Positions 10,439 through 19,847 of a DNA stretch of 64,000 nucleotides are shown here, piece after piece. The notes under the pieces are model-generated. The model saw only the letters and a program-made list of their open reading frames with translations, was not told the origin of the DNA and did no database searches. This DNA is from Gammaproteobacteria bacterium (lineage in GTDB: Bacteria > Pseudomonadota > Gammaproteobacteria > Arenicellales > JAANXG01): NCBI GenBank assembly GCA_024638505.1, contig JAHEKE010000018.1:6078-70077 (forward strand), read 5' to 3'. How positions within the stretch are numbered: the first letter of the stretch is position 1; the number at the start of each line of letters is the position of its first letter. Both the position numbers and the translations under genes were made by a program.

Positions 10439-10750
10439 TTACCCGTCGAGTTTATTGAGAAAAGCCAGAATTTCACGTTCCGTTTGTTTATCCCCTTTGT
10501 TGGCCGCAATGGGCAGCCCGGCCTGAAAAACTTTTTTTGCCTCCTCATTTTTTCCTATCTTATACAAGGCTTTGCCCAGCAGCTTGTAAGCCGCAGAGTA
10601 GCCTGCATCGTGCGCGATACAGGCTTGTAAATGGGGCACAGCATTGTCGAATTCCTTGTTATTGAAGTAGGCGCTGCCCAAGCCAAACCGGAGCATCGCG
10701 TCATCCCGCCCGGCAGCGAGCATTTTTTCAAGATTCTCTGTAATACTCAT
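10439..10750 (-). CDS. Small tetratricopeptide repeat protein
   Basis: LRFGLGSAY and YSAAYKLLGKAL TPR helices. Confidence 0.85.
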   Translation of the reverse strand: MSITENLEKMLAAGRDDAMLRFGLGSAYFNNKEFDNAVPHLQACIAHDAGYSAAYKLLGKALYKIGKNEEAKKVFQAGLPIAANKGDKQTEREILAFLNKLDG

Positions 10751-10823
10751 CGTTTGAACCGGTCTTTTTAGTGTTTCGACAGCGCGCAGGGCTAGATTTT
10801 AGAGGCTAAAGTGGCCGCGATGA

Positions 10824-11630
10824 CTACCACCACTGGTAAAAATGGTGAACCGGACCGTGTCCTGATCCAATTTGCAGCTGATCCGCCGCTGCGATGGCTC
10901 CAGTGATGAAGGTTTTGGCATCGCTAACCGCTATTTCCAATGTCTTACCCTGAGCCAGTCCGGCAGCGATCGCTGAGGATAGCGCGCAACCAGTGCCGTG
11001 TGTATTCTGTGTATCGACCCGTTTGGCTGGAAGCCACACGGCATTCTCCTCGGTAAATAATAGGTCAGCACTCTCAACTTCAGGCGGCAGATGTCCGCCC
11101 TTCATCAGCACTGCGCGCGCGCCAAGGTTGAGCAATTGACGCGCAATACCCCGCATTTCATGCTTGTTCTCCGGTGTTTTCACACCGAGCAGCCTGGCGG
11201 CTTCGGGCAGATTCGGCGTGACCAGTGTGGCCATTGGCAGCAGACGGTTGCGCAGCCGGTCAACCGCCGCGGGATGCAGGAGTCGATCACCACTTTTGGC
11301 CACCATGACCGGATCGACCACCAGTGGCGCAGTGCAGCGGGTGTGTAAAAAATCGGCAACTACATCGATCACGCTAACCTGACTCAACATCCCGATCTTT
11401 ACCGCACCCACTGGCAGGTCGTCGAACACGCATTCCAGCTGAGCGGTAATGAAGGCTGGATCGATATCGAAAACCGCTCGCACCTGTTGCGTGTTTTGTG
11501 CGGTCAGTGCGGTCAGCACAGAAGCGCCGTAAACGCCGAGCGCAGAAAATGTCTTCAAATCTCCCTGGATACCTGCACCGCCCCCGCTGTCCGAGCCGGC
11601 AATGGTCAAGGCAATAGGTGTTTTGCTCAC
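10824..11630 (-). CDS. thiD: Hydroxymethylpyrimidine/phosphomethylpyrimidine kinase
   Basis: [37 protein letters not shown] and NTHGTGC. Confidence 0.97.
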   Translation of the reverse strand: MSKTPIALTIAGSDSGGGAGIQGDLKTFSALGVYGASVLTALTAQNTQQVRAVFDIDPAFITAQLECVFDDLPVGAVKIGMLSQVSVIDVVADFLHTRCTAPLVVDPVMVAKSGDRLLHPAAVDRLRNRLLPMATLVTPNLPEAARLLGVKTPENKHEMRGIARQLLNLGARAVLMKGGHLPPEVESADLLFTEENAVWLPAKRVDTQNTHGTGCALSSAIAAGLAQGKTLEIAVSDAKTFITGAIAAADQLQIGSGHGPVHHFYQWW

Positions 11631-11706
11631 GATTGCTGCGAAAGAAGAAGCTTAGGGGTATTATGAAGCATACCGCTGTGGTAAAGCCACGCCGCATGAG
11701 TTGTCT

Positions 11707-12453
11707 TTACCGTAATAGCTCCTTTTGCAGATACAGTAGATAGCCTCCCCAGGCATTGGCAATAACCATAAGTGAACTGCCGAAGACAAAGCTTGCTCTG
11801 CCCAGCGCGTAGTCATAGTTCAACCAATCAAGCATGGTCAGAAGGTTGCCCCAGTCGTGCGCTTCCATGCCGAGGCCACCTATTAACGGTATTGTTCTGA
11901 AGCTGGCATCGGCGATATAGGGAGACACATCTATGAAATTCTGCCCGCTCCACCACAGCATGATCGATGCGGCAAAATTATCCTCATATCGCCACAGAAA
12001 AACCGCACCCAGCCCCAGTGGTAACAGCACCTGAAACAGGCTTCCTCCCAGCAGAGTCATGAAACCTCCGAAAGGGGAGAACAGAATGTGGCCAAACTCA
12101 TGGAAAGGAAGATTGACGCTGTGTAGAAAGGAGCCGCCGATGCTTGACCAGACCATGCCCTTGAGGATAAACCACCAGCCCCAAAGAAAGAATAAAGCGT
12201 ATAACACTGCCCTGCTGTAAAACACGCCGGCATCAACCTTTTCTGGCGTGCACAGCAGAACTGATTTAAATCTGGCCAGCCAGGGCTTAATCTCTTTGTA
12301 TCGGGTTGACACCCCGGCAGGAGTTTCAATCTCTCTATGGCTTCTCTTAAGCCACTTTTCTATAGCGATGCCGCACGCGGGGCATAACCCCGCTTGGATA
12401 TGACTGTCATATACTTGCCGCGTGTAACCACATTTTGGGCAAGGTTGTAGCAT
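11707..12453 (-). CDS. Zinc-ribbon membrane protein with HExxH (putative M50-like intramembrane metalloprotease)
   Basis: CPKC...CPAC N-terminus; TM helices with LPFHEFGH; HDW motif. Confidence 0.7.
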   Translation of the reverse strand: MLQPCPKCGYTRQVYDSHIQAGLCPACGIAIEKWLKRSHREIETPAGVSTRYKEIKPWLARFKSVLLCTPEKVDAGVFYSRAVLYALFFLWGWWFILKGMVWSSIGGSFLHSVNLPFHEFGHILFSPFGGFMTLLGGSLFQVLLPLGLGAVFLWRYEDNFAASIMLWWSGQNFIDVSPYIADASFRTIPLIGGLGMEAHDWGNLLTMLDWLNYDYALGRASFVFGSSLMVIANAWGGYLLYLQKELLR

Positions 12454-12689
12454 AAAGCCGGATGCAGGAAAGAGCGTTAGAAAAACGTCCAGGTGGTGTA
12501 TTTGTCTGGATTAATGCGTATTACAATCACCATGGAGCCTACTTTTCTGGGTTAGGGCAGTGTTCACTTACGTTACTGAGAATATCGCTTATCTATTCAG
12601 TATAAGTGGCTATCCTCCGTTTTCAATCTGCCCTGTTGAACGAGCAGTGCCTCTGGCATTCGCTCAGGCAAAGATGAAACAGCGCTGAC

Positions 12690-14330
12690 GTGAATAGAAA
12701 CGAAGCAATTCGCCTTGCCCATGTAATGCGTAGCGAGGCCAGGCGCGCGATTAAAGAAATCAAATGCCGGGGGCACCCACGTCCTTTTTACGTCTCATTT
12801 CTCGTGCGGGATGAGCGCCTGTGGGATATCAAGGCCAGCTTCGGCGGTCTGCTGGTAGACGAACACCGGCGGAAACGCACCGGTTATTGCGACGTACGAG
12901 TCGGTTCTTATCGCCACGATCATATGCAAGACGGCGGGTTAAACGGCGATGCCAATGAAAACGAGTCGCTCGATTATGTCGATCTGCCGTTTGGTAAGCA
13001 TAAAACTGGTGTGCGTCACGGTTTGTGGCGACAGGCTGAAGTCCGCTATCGGGAGGCGGTGGAAGCGTTTGCCGTCAAGAATTCTTCCGCGCTGACCTAT
13101 CTAGACCGCTCACGACATCTGCCATCCTGGCAGAAAGTGCCGGCGCAGGAAGAAGTGTGCTGGCGGGCTCTGCCTGCGGTTGACGTTGAGTATTGGCGTA
13201 AGTTTGTGGAGAACGCATCCAGCATGGTATGCCGATACCCTGAGATCAAAGAATCCCACGTCAGGTTGGAAGCGCGCAATCGCATTAGTGTCTTTGTAAA
13301 CACGGAAGGCTCATTGATTATTCAAGCTAAACCTCTGTGGAATCTCTCTTGCTATCTATGGATGCTGCCGTCGAACGGTGACGCGCTCTCCTGGACATTG
13401 AATAAATTCGTTGCAGATCCGGATGAGCTGCCCAGCGCGCGCCGCTTCCGCAGAGAGATGCGTGAGCATATAGAGACATTGCAGGCAGTCGCCGCATCGC
13501 CCGCGCTTCGATCCTACTCTGGCCCGGTACTGCTGGACCCGGTACCGGCGGGTCTCCTACTGCATGAGGCATTTGGTCACCGTCTTGAAGGAAATCGTAT
13601 GCTCTGTGAGGGTGAGGGCCAGACATTCAGAGACAGTCTGCATCAGTCCATACTTCCCCCCTACCTGACCGTAGAGGATGATCCGCGCCTTGAGAGTTTT
13701 CAAGGAACCTCACTGGTCGGGCATTACCGTTACGATGATGAAGGGGTTCCGGCGCAGACAGCCGAACTGGTATCGCGCGGCGTGCTCAATGAGTTCCTTA
13801 CTTCTCGAGCGGGTATTGCATCGAAGCATAGGTCTAACGGACATGGGCGTAATGAATGTGGTGAACAGACGATAAGCCGGATGGCGGTAACGCGCGTAAT
13901 CTGCGAGGACGGTGTAAGTGACCAAATCTTGAAAGCGCGGTTGATCGACGAGGTGAAGCGTCAGGGATTACCTTACGGCATTCGCATCCTGTCAGCGACG
14001 GGCGGTGAGACCGCGACGGAGTCTTATAATTTTCAGGCGTTTCTGGGAGAGATCAATCTGGCGGCGCGCGTCTACCCTGACGGACGGGAAGAACTGATTC
14101 GCGGCATCGATTTTGTTGGTACGCCGTTGAATGCGAGTCGCATGATAATGGCCGCGGGAGACCGTTATGAAGTAGATAACGCCTACTGTGGGGCTGAATC
14201 CGGCTGGGTGCCTGTCAGTACAATTACGCCGTCGCTGCTGGTTTCTCATCTTGAGCTGCAGGCCAAAGCGGGTACTCCTTACAGCCCGCCTTGTTATCCC
14301 ATTCCCTGGCACAGGCAATACTCTAAATAG
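12690..14330 (+). CDS. TldD/PmbA family metalloprotease (catalytic TldD type)
   Basis: LLHEAFGHRLEG, DDP, YDDEGV, SNGHGR and C-terminal YCGAESG (Cys ligand). Confidence 0.9.
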   Translation: MNRNEAIRLAHVMRSEARRAIKEIKCRGHPRPFYVSFLVRDERLWDIKASFGGLLVDEHRRKRTGYCDVRVGSYRHDHMQDGGLNGDANENESLDYVDLPFGKHKTGVRHGLWRQAEVRYREAVEAFAVKNSSALTYLDRSRHLPSWQKVPAQEEVCWRALPAVDVEYWRKFVENASSMVCRYPEIKESHVRLEARNRISVFVNTEGSLIIQAKPLWNLSCYLWMLPSNGDALSWTLNKFVADPDELPSARRFRREMREHIETLQAVAASPALRSYSGPVLLDPVPAGLLLHEAFGHRLEGNRMLCEGEGQTFRDSLHQSILPPYLTVEDDPRLESFQGTSLVGHYRYDDEGVPAQTAELVSRGVLNEFLTSRAGIASKHRSNGHGRNECGEQTISRMAVTRVICEDGVSDQILKARLIDEVKRQGLPYGIRILSATGGETATESYNFQAFLGEINLAARVYPDGREELIRGIDFVGTPLNASRMIMAAGDRYEVDNAYCGAESGWVPVSTITPSLLVSHLELQAKAGTPYSPPCYPIPWHRQYSK

Positions 14331-14460
14331 AAAATCTCGAGCGTTTGCTTCTCAATGCCCTTCCACCTTTAGCAGGGGACGGTTCGCCGTAGCCGGCTAA
14401 AAACGCGAACGGCCGCATCTTAATATGGCCAGACTCTTAGAATGGCTATGGCCTTTAGCG

Positions 14461-14643
14461 TTACCTGAAAAGCTGAAACAGGGTGCGTCGTGCCGGGGAA
14501 CTTACCGCCGGATCGATTTGACGCTCAAAAGCCCGGCGTTCGGCACCGTAAGCTCGTCGCTCAACGCCACCTTTGGCAAAGTGATCGAGATCGTTTATTG
14601 CCTGCCGGCGGTCTCGACCAGATCTTTTTACATAGGCATTCAT
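14461..14643 (-). CDS. Small arginine-rich protein with tandem (D/E)RR motifs
   Basis: Strong SD (GGAGGAG) 6 nt before ATG; RSGRDRR...GGVERR...ERR. Confidence 0.65.
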   Translation of the reverse strand: MNAYVKRSGRDRRQAINDLDHFAKGGVERRAYGAERRAFERQIDPAVSSPARRTLFQLFR

Positions 14644-14887
14644 ATCTCACTCCTCCACGGCTAAGCTTAATTTTATTCTGCCTGCAATAAAAGGGGTGCG
14701 GCCTACCCTTAGCGCGTTGACGCTTGTGCGCGGGAACGCGCCAAACCTGCATAAGTATCTGTTGTAGTTGTAATAATTCAAGTAAAAGCGTGAAATAAGC
14801 GGGACATGAGGTTAGCCTTAATTCGAGATTTGAGCATGCAGCCGATCGAGACCGAAACCAACCCAACAGCATGGTTCGAGATCCACC

Positions 14888-15367
14888 TTGTCAACTGAGC
14901 CCGCTAAGGTGCGGATACGGCTGGCCGATCTGCAGGACGCGTTAATCATTGCCGAGATGTCCCGGAATTTAATCGAAGTTGGTTTAGGCTGGAGTTGGAA
15001 GGAGCAACGGGTGCTCAGAAGCATTACCGATCAGGACGCCAGCGTTGCGGTTGCCTGCGAGGCAGATCGCGTTATTGGATTCGCTATAGCCAAATACAGG
15101 CGCGAAGAAGCTCATATCCTTCTTCTAGCCGTGGATCAGGCCAGTCGTCGAAGAGGCGTTGGTACTATGCTCGTGAGGTGGATCGAAAAAACGGCACTAA
15201 TCGCCGGCATTGGGATCGTCTATCTGGAGGCGAGATTGAACAACGTGGGCGCAAGAGCATTTTATGATGCCTTAGGCTACAGGGAGTTCCGGACGGAGCC
15301 AGGCCGGTACAGAGGACTGGAAAGCGGAGTTTGTTTGGGCAAAGACCTGTGGCTTGAAAGACAGTAA
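14888..15367 (+). CDS. GNAT N-acetyltransferase (RimI-like)
   Basis: LAVDQASRRRGVG acetyl-CoA motif; LEARLNNVGARAFYDALGY. Confidence 0.85.
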   Translation: MSTEPAKVRIRLADLQDALIIAEMSRNLIEVGLGWSWKEQRVLRSITDQDASVAVACEADRVIGFAIAKYRREEAHILLLAVDQASRRRGVGTMLVRWIEKTALIAGIGIVYLEARLNNVGARAFYDALGYREFRTEPGRYRGLESGVCLGKDLWLERQ

Positions 15368-15500
15368 ACGCTGCCGGGCGCGAAGCCTGACCAGCTCTTG
15401 CGCTATTGATCGGCGACCTAAGCAATGACTATCATCGAAGCCAGAACACTGTCCCTGCACCGGTAACGGCAATATCTGATAAAAGTAAAGAGGAGGAGTC

Positions 15501-16232
15501 ATGTCCAATATCCATACCGAAAATATTTCGTACACGGCAAATGGCGACACCATGCGCGGATTTCTTGCTTACGATGCGGACACCGAAGGTGAGCGGCCTG
15601 GGGTGTTGGTGATACACGAGTGGTGGGGGCTGAACGATTACATCCGAAAACGGGCACAGCAGATCGCCGGTCTGGGCTACCGCGCTTTGGCTCTTGATAT
15701 GTACGGCGAGGGCAGGACGGGAGACGCACCGGACCAGGCCGGAGAATTGATGAATGCCGTGCTCGGTGACATGAACGTGGGCACCGCGCGCCTAAAGGCG
15801 GCATATCAGACATTGCATGATCACCCGACGGTTGATGGTGACCGTCTGGCCGCTATAGGCTATTGTTTTGGCGGGGCGATGGCGTTACACATGGCCCGCA
15901 TCGGTATGCCTCTGCGCGCAGTAGTGAGCTTCCACGGAGCGCTGGGCTCGTTCCACAAACCGGCGAAAGATTCCGTCAAGGCCAAAATACTGGTTTGCCA
16001 TGGCGCTGATGATGCGATGATTCCGCACGAGGATGTGCGTAAATTCAAAGCTGAGATGGATACTGCTGGTGCAGACTACACGTTCATCGCATACGATGGG
16101 GCGAAGCACGGGTTCACCAGCCAAGCAGCTGACGAGAACGGTAAAAAATACGGTATCCCGCTGGCTTACAATGCGACGGCTGATAACGCGTCCTGGAAAG
16201 CGATGCGGAAGTTGCTAGAAGAGGTTTTTTAG
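15501..16232 (+). CDS. Dienelactone hydrolase family protein
   Basis: HEWWGLN, GYCFGG nucleophile elbow, HGADD and AKHGF; SD GAGGAGG. Confidence 0.93.
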   Translation: MSNIHTENISYTANGDTMRGFLAYDADTEGERPGVLVIHEWWGLNDYIRKRAQQIAGLGYRALALDMYGEGRTGDAPDQAGELMNAVLGDMNVGTARLKAAYQTLHDHPTVDGDRLAAIGYCFGGAMALHMARIGMPLRAVVSFHGALGSFHKPAKDSVKAKILVCHGADDAMIPHEDVRKFKAEMDTAGADYTFIAYDGAKHGFTSQAADENGKKYGIPLAYNATADNASWKAMRKLLEEVF

Positions 16233-16317
16233 TAACTGCAAATGTCGGCAGGCGGTTGAGTCCAACAGTCAGAGTCATTCATCGCACTTTCACTTCATGC
16301 TGTGCCAACTGCTGGAC

Positions 16318-16761
16318 TTATGAGGATTTAACGCTGGCGTTTAGCTGCACTCTGCTCGATAGAGAATTGGTGATCAAGCAGGTTTCTTCCGCCTTTTGCA
16401 GAAGGCGGTGGGCACGATCTTCATTTGTCTCGGGCGGCACGGATAAGGCTGCAGTGACCGTGAACTCAGTAAATTTAGGCTGTTTATTATCTCGCTCCAG
16501 GGTTCCGACTACTTCACAGTTGAGAGAAGTCCATTCTAACTTGGAAGCTCTGGCGATAGCGCGAAAGCTCAGAACGAAGCAATCCGCGACGGAGGCGACC
16601 AGCAGCGTTTCAGGCGACCACTGATCGCCGGGCCCGCCGAATTCGGTTGGCGGGGCGGAAATCATTGCCGGCAGTCCCTCACCTTGCAGATGGACACTTC
16701 CTTCCGGCTGGGCTTCTGCGTTGACTTTATAGTGATGCGGATAGTTCTGCATGTACTGCAA
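16318..16761 (-). CDS. OsmC family protein
   Basis: PPTEFGGPGDQWSPETLL..SVADC and AEETCLITNSL (two conserved Cys). Confidence 0.9.
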   Translation of the reverse strand: MQYMQNYPHHYKVNAEAQPEGSVHLQGEGLPAMISAPPTEFGGPGDQWSPETLLVASVADCFVLSFRAIARASKLEWTSLNCEVVGTLERDNKQPKFTEFTVTAALSVPPETNEDRAHRLLQKAEETCLITNSLSSRVQLNASVKSS

Positions 16762-16854
16762 CCTATGGTTGGATAGCGCCTTGGCAAATCCATACCCGCA
16801 GAGACCGAGCGCGGGAGTCGATTATGCTGCTGGCTCTTAAACCAGTGCGGCTGA

Positions 16855-17133
16855 TTAGGTGCCGTTTTTCCTAGTGGATAGGTGTATCCGCCCCATTTTA
16901 CCCAGTCTCCGCTGGTTCAGACACATCACAACTTGGTTTGCTGCTTCCACAACACTTTTTTTGCTGCCTTTACGAACGCCAATAAGCGGTTCGTTGCCCT
17001 GGCTGATAACATACCGGTACCAGTTACCTTTGTTATCACCATCTGGTGCTTCAGTCTTACATACCTCGATAATTTTGAAAGGCTCGCTTTTCCAGTTTGG
17101 AGTCTTTTCAGAAGTTAGTTTTGAGTTACTCAT
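16855..17133 (-). CDS. Hypothetical protein
   Basis: SD-like AAGGA before ATG at 17133; globular-looking WYRYVISQG...LNQRR. Confidence 0.55.
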   Translation of the reverse strand: MSNSKLTSEKTPNWKSEPFKIIEVCKTEAPDGDNKGNWYRYVISQGNEPLIGVRKGSKKSVVEAANQVVMCLNQRRLGKMGRIHLSTRKNGT

Positions 17134-17309
17134 GTTTTCATCCTTAGAATAAAACTGCACCGAACCTGTTGTCCTTACACCGTTGTTAAATAAGGGGATA
17201 CCTAACTCACGGGAACTTCAAATGCGGTTTAGTACAAAATAAAACGAATGCGCCGGTCTGATGTGTGAAAACCCAGTATTGCCCTCATTGTATCCGATTA
17301 TTGCAGGCT

Positions 17310-17576
17310 TTACCGGCCGAACCCGCTATAGTATTCAGGCAGGACAGGATCGATGCCCTCGATAAAAACCGCATCATAACCGGCGAATTGGAATGTTACT
17401 TGCGTACCCAACCAGGCGATGCTGTACCAGAATACCGCTCCTAGCACTAAAATTGTCAGTAAGGCGAACAATTTGGGAACAGCAAGCACCTTGGGAAACG
17501 GGGCAATCTGAGGAAAATGCGCCGTTGGCGTATCCGCGAATAAATTTGTTGACAGCGCCGATGCCATAATTGTCAT
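17310..17576 (-). CDS. Hypothetical single-pass membrane protein
   Basis: One clear hydrophobic helix; fills an intergenic gap; no clear SD. Confidence 0.35.
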   Translation of the reverse strand: MTIMASALSTNLFADTPTAHFPQIAPFPKVLAVPKLFALLTILVLGAVFWYSIAWLGTQVTFQFAGYDAVFIEGIDPVLPEYYSGFGR

Positions 17577-17740
17577 TGTAATGAGGCTACGGGGTGAAGG
17601 ATACGGTTAGATGTGAAAAACCAGGAAATGGCCACTTTTGTGGCGAAGCGCCTATGGATTACGGAGTTCCAGACGACTAAGCTTGGATGCCTGAATCCTG
17701 CCCAAGCAGGCGTTGCTGAAAGGCGAGAGGAGATCGGACC

Positions 17741-19066
17741 ATGATTGGGCCGAGTTACGGCGAGTGGTGGAATGAAAATCCGATGTGGAAGCACGTGCGG
17801 CTGGGTCTGGTCATGCTTCCCATAGCAATTGTCTTTGTCTGGGCCGCCAGTCTTAACCTGTCCGGCGCCCGCTTGGGTGCAGATTTGTTCGACTCCATTG
17901 AGCGCGGAGACTTGAACAAATTTCGTACCCTGCTCGCTGCCGGGGCGTCGGTAGATGAGCGCCAGCAGGGGGCAACGTTGCTGCACTGGGCGCAAAACCA
18001 TGGTCAGGCCAAAATGGCTGAATTGTTGATTCAGGCCGGTGTCGACGTCACGGCCGTCGATCGCCACGGGGTTGCCTCTATTTTTCACGCGGCAGATCGC
18101 GGCGAACTTTTTTTAGTTCAACTTCTGCTGGAACACGGCGCCGATGCCGACGCTGCGAGTAGGCGTTATGGGTCTCCGCTTCATTGGGCGTCAAAAAGCG
18201 GTAGGGTGGACGTTGCGAGCACGTTGTTACGGGCGGGAGCGCAAATTGATGCCACCGACTCTCTTGGCCGAACCCCGCTTTTCTACGCAGCGTGGCCCGG
18301 TCACTTTAATGTCGCCGGCTTGTTGCTGAGACGGGGAGCCAAGATCGACGCCCGGGATTCGAGCGGCCGGACCCTGCTGCACTGGGCAGCATTAAACCAC
18401 CGGCCCCTATTGGCTGCTTTTCTGATTACTCACGGCGCAGAGGTGAATGCTCGGGACATAAAAGGCAATACGCCTTTGCACCATGCCGTTCGACGCGATG
18501 ACTATGAGCTGGCGGCGCTGATGTTAAAGCATGGGGCGGATGCGAGCGTGAGCACGCCCAAGCTTAATGTGACCCCGCTACATCTGGCGGCAAAGCACGC
18601 GAGTTTGCGCTTGCTCCGGCTCCTGCTATCGGCCGGTGCAGATCCGAACGCGAACAGCAGGCTGTATGGGACTCCTCTGCATTGGGCTGCTGAGACTGGG
18701 CGAGAAAACATTGCCCGGACGCTGCTCAAACACGGTGCCAATCGGCACACACTTGATGATCATGAGTTTACACCGGCGGACAGAGCCACCGACCGGGGCC
18801 ACATGGGCCTCGCCAGTCTGTTATCCGCCGACAGGGACTTAGCCCCCGGACAGTTTGGGATAGAGAGGAGCTTGTTAGCAGATGTGCCAACAGGCGATTG
18901 CAGCCTGCCCAGCAGGATGAATCCCGTAAGCCGTATTTTTCTCGACAACTATCTAAATGGCGACCTTTCTACGGCGGAATTTCGTCGGCAGTTCTCCTTG
19001 CCAAACTCAGACTATCTTGATGTCGGGCTGTGTCTTACCAGCTGGCTTCGACAGCGGACTGGATAA
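17741..19066 (+). CDS. Ankyrin repeat protein with N-terminal membrane anchor/signal
   Basis: About 9-10 repeats of G.TPLH.AA..G...LL..GA; SD GAGGAG. Confidence 0.93.
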   Translation: MIGPSYGEWWNENPMWKHVRLGLVMLPIAIVFVWAASLNLSGARLGADLFDSIERGDLNKFRTLLAAGASVDERQQGATLLHWAQNHGQAKMAELLIQAGVDVTAVDRHGVASIFHAADRGELFLVQLLLEHGADADAASRRYGSPLHWASKSGRVDVASTLLRAGAQIDATDSLGRTPLFYAAWPGHFNVAGLLLRRGAKIDARDSSGRTLLHWAALNHRPLLAAFLITHGAEVNARDIKGNTPLHHAVRRDDYELAALMLKHGADASVSTPKLNVTPLHLAAKHASLRLLRLLLSAGADPNANSRLYGTPLHWAAETGRENIARTLLKHGANRHTLDDHEFTPADRATDRGHMGLASLLSADRDLAPGQFGIERSLLADVPTGDCSLPSRMNPVSRIFLDNYLNGDLSTAEFRRQFSLPNSDYLDVGLCLTSWLRQRTG

Positions 19067-19183
19067 GTTGCTTGCAGAAATAATGCGCTGTAAATGCGTC
19101 ATATAAAGCCAATTGGTTCACCATCCTGCACACACGATACCCGCCAGCTTGTTTGCAAAACACTGGTCTATTGAAAATACGCG

Positions 19184-19813
19184 ATGCATATACCAAGGCA
19201 ATTCGAAGAAGCGCGAGTCGACGTTCTGCATGCATTGATGCGGGATTACCCGTTCGCGTCTTTGATTACGTCGGGAGAATCCGGGCTCGATGTCAACCAC
19301 CTTCCTTTTGTGCTCTCGCCCACACCCCAACCTTACGGTACCTTGCGCTGTCATGTTGCTCGAGCAAATCCTGTATGGCGCGATCTCTCTACCTCGATGG
19401 AGGCCGTGGTTGTGTTCCACGGTCCGCATACTTACATATCTCCATCCTGGTATCCGAGCAAACAAGAACATGGCAAAGTCGTTCCCACCTGGAACTATGC
19501 CGTTGTGCATGCCTACGGTCAGCCGAGAATAGTAGAAGATGCTGATTGGCTGACTGGTTTAGTCAGTGCGCTGACCAGTCAACATGAATCGGAGCAAAAT
19601 TCGCCGTGGCATGTATCAGATGCACCCGCAGACTTCATAGACAAAATGATCCGCTCGATAGTTGGCATTGAGATTCCGCTCAGGCGGATTTATGGCAAAT
19701 GGAAACAGAGTCAGAACCGGTCGCTGGCAGACAGACATGGCGTTGTTGCAGCACTGGAGAATCGCGGTGAGCACGAAGTAGCGGAGTTGATCCGCAGAAC
19801 CACTGATTCATAA
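19184..19813 (+). CDS. FMN-binding PaiB-like protein
   Basis: HVARANP, GPHTYISPSWY, VPTWNY and KQSQNR. Confidence 0.92.
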   Translation: MHIPRQFEEARVDVLHALMRDYPFASLITSGESGLDVNHLPFVLSPTPQPYGTLRCHVARANPVWRDLSTSMEAVVVFHGPHTYISPSWYPSKQEHGKVVPTWNYAVVHAYGQPRIVEDADWLTGLVSALTSQHESEQNSPWHVSDAPADFIDKMIRSIVGIEIPLRRIYGKWKQSQNRSLADRHGVVAALENRGEHEVAELIRRTTDS

Positions 19814-19847
19814 ATGAACGTTCCGCTGAGTCCGATTTTCACTCGGG

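Noticed and set aside
11631-11706. TPP riboswitch upstream of thiD
   Set aside because: Only an AATACCC fragment is present; the CTGAGA and GAACCTGA...GCG elements are missing.
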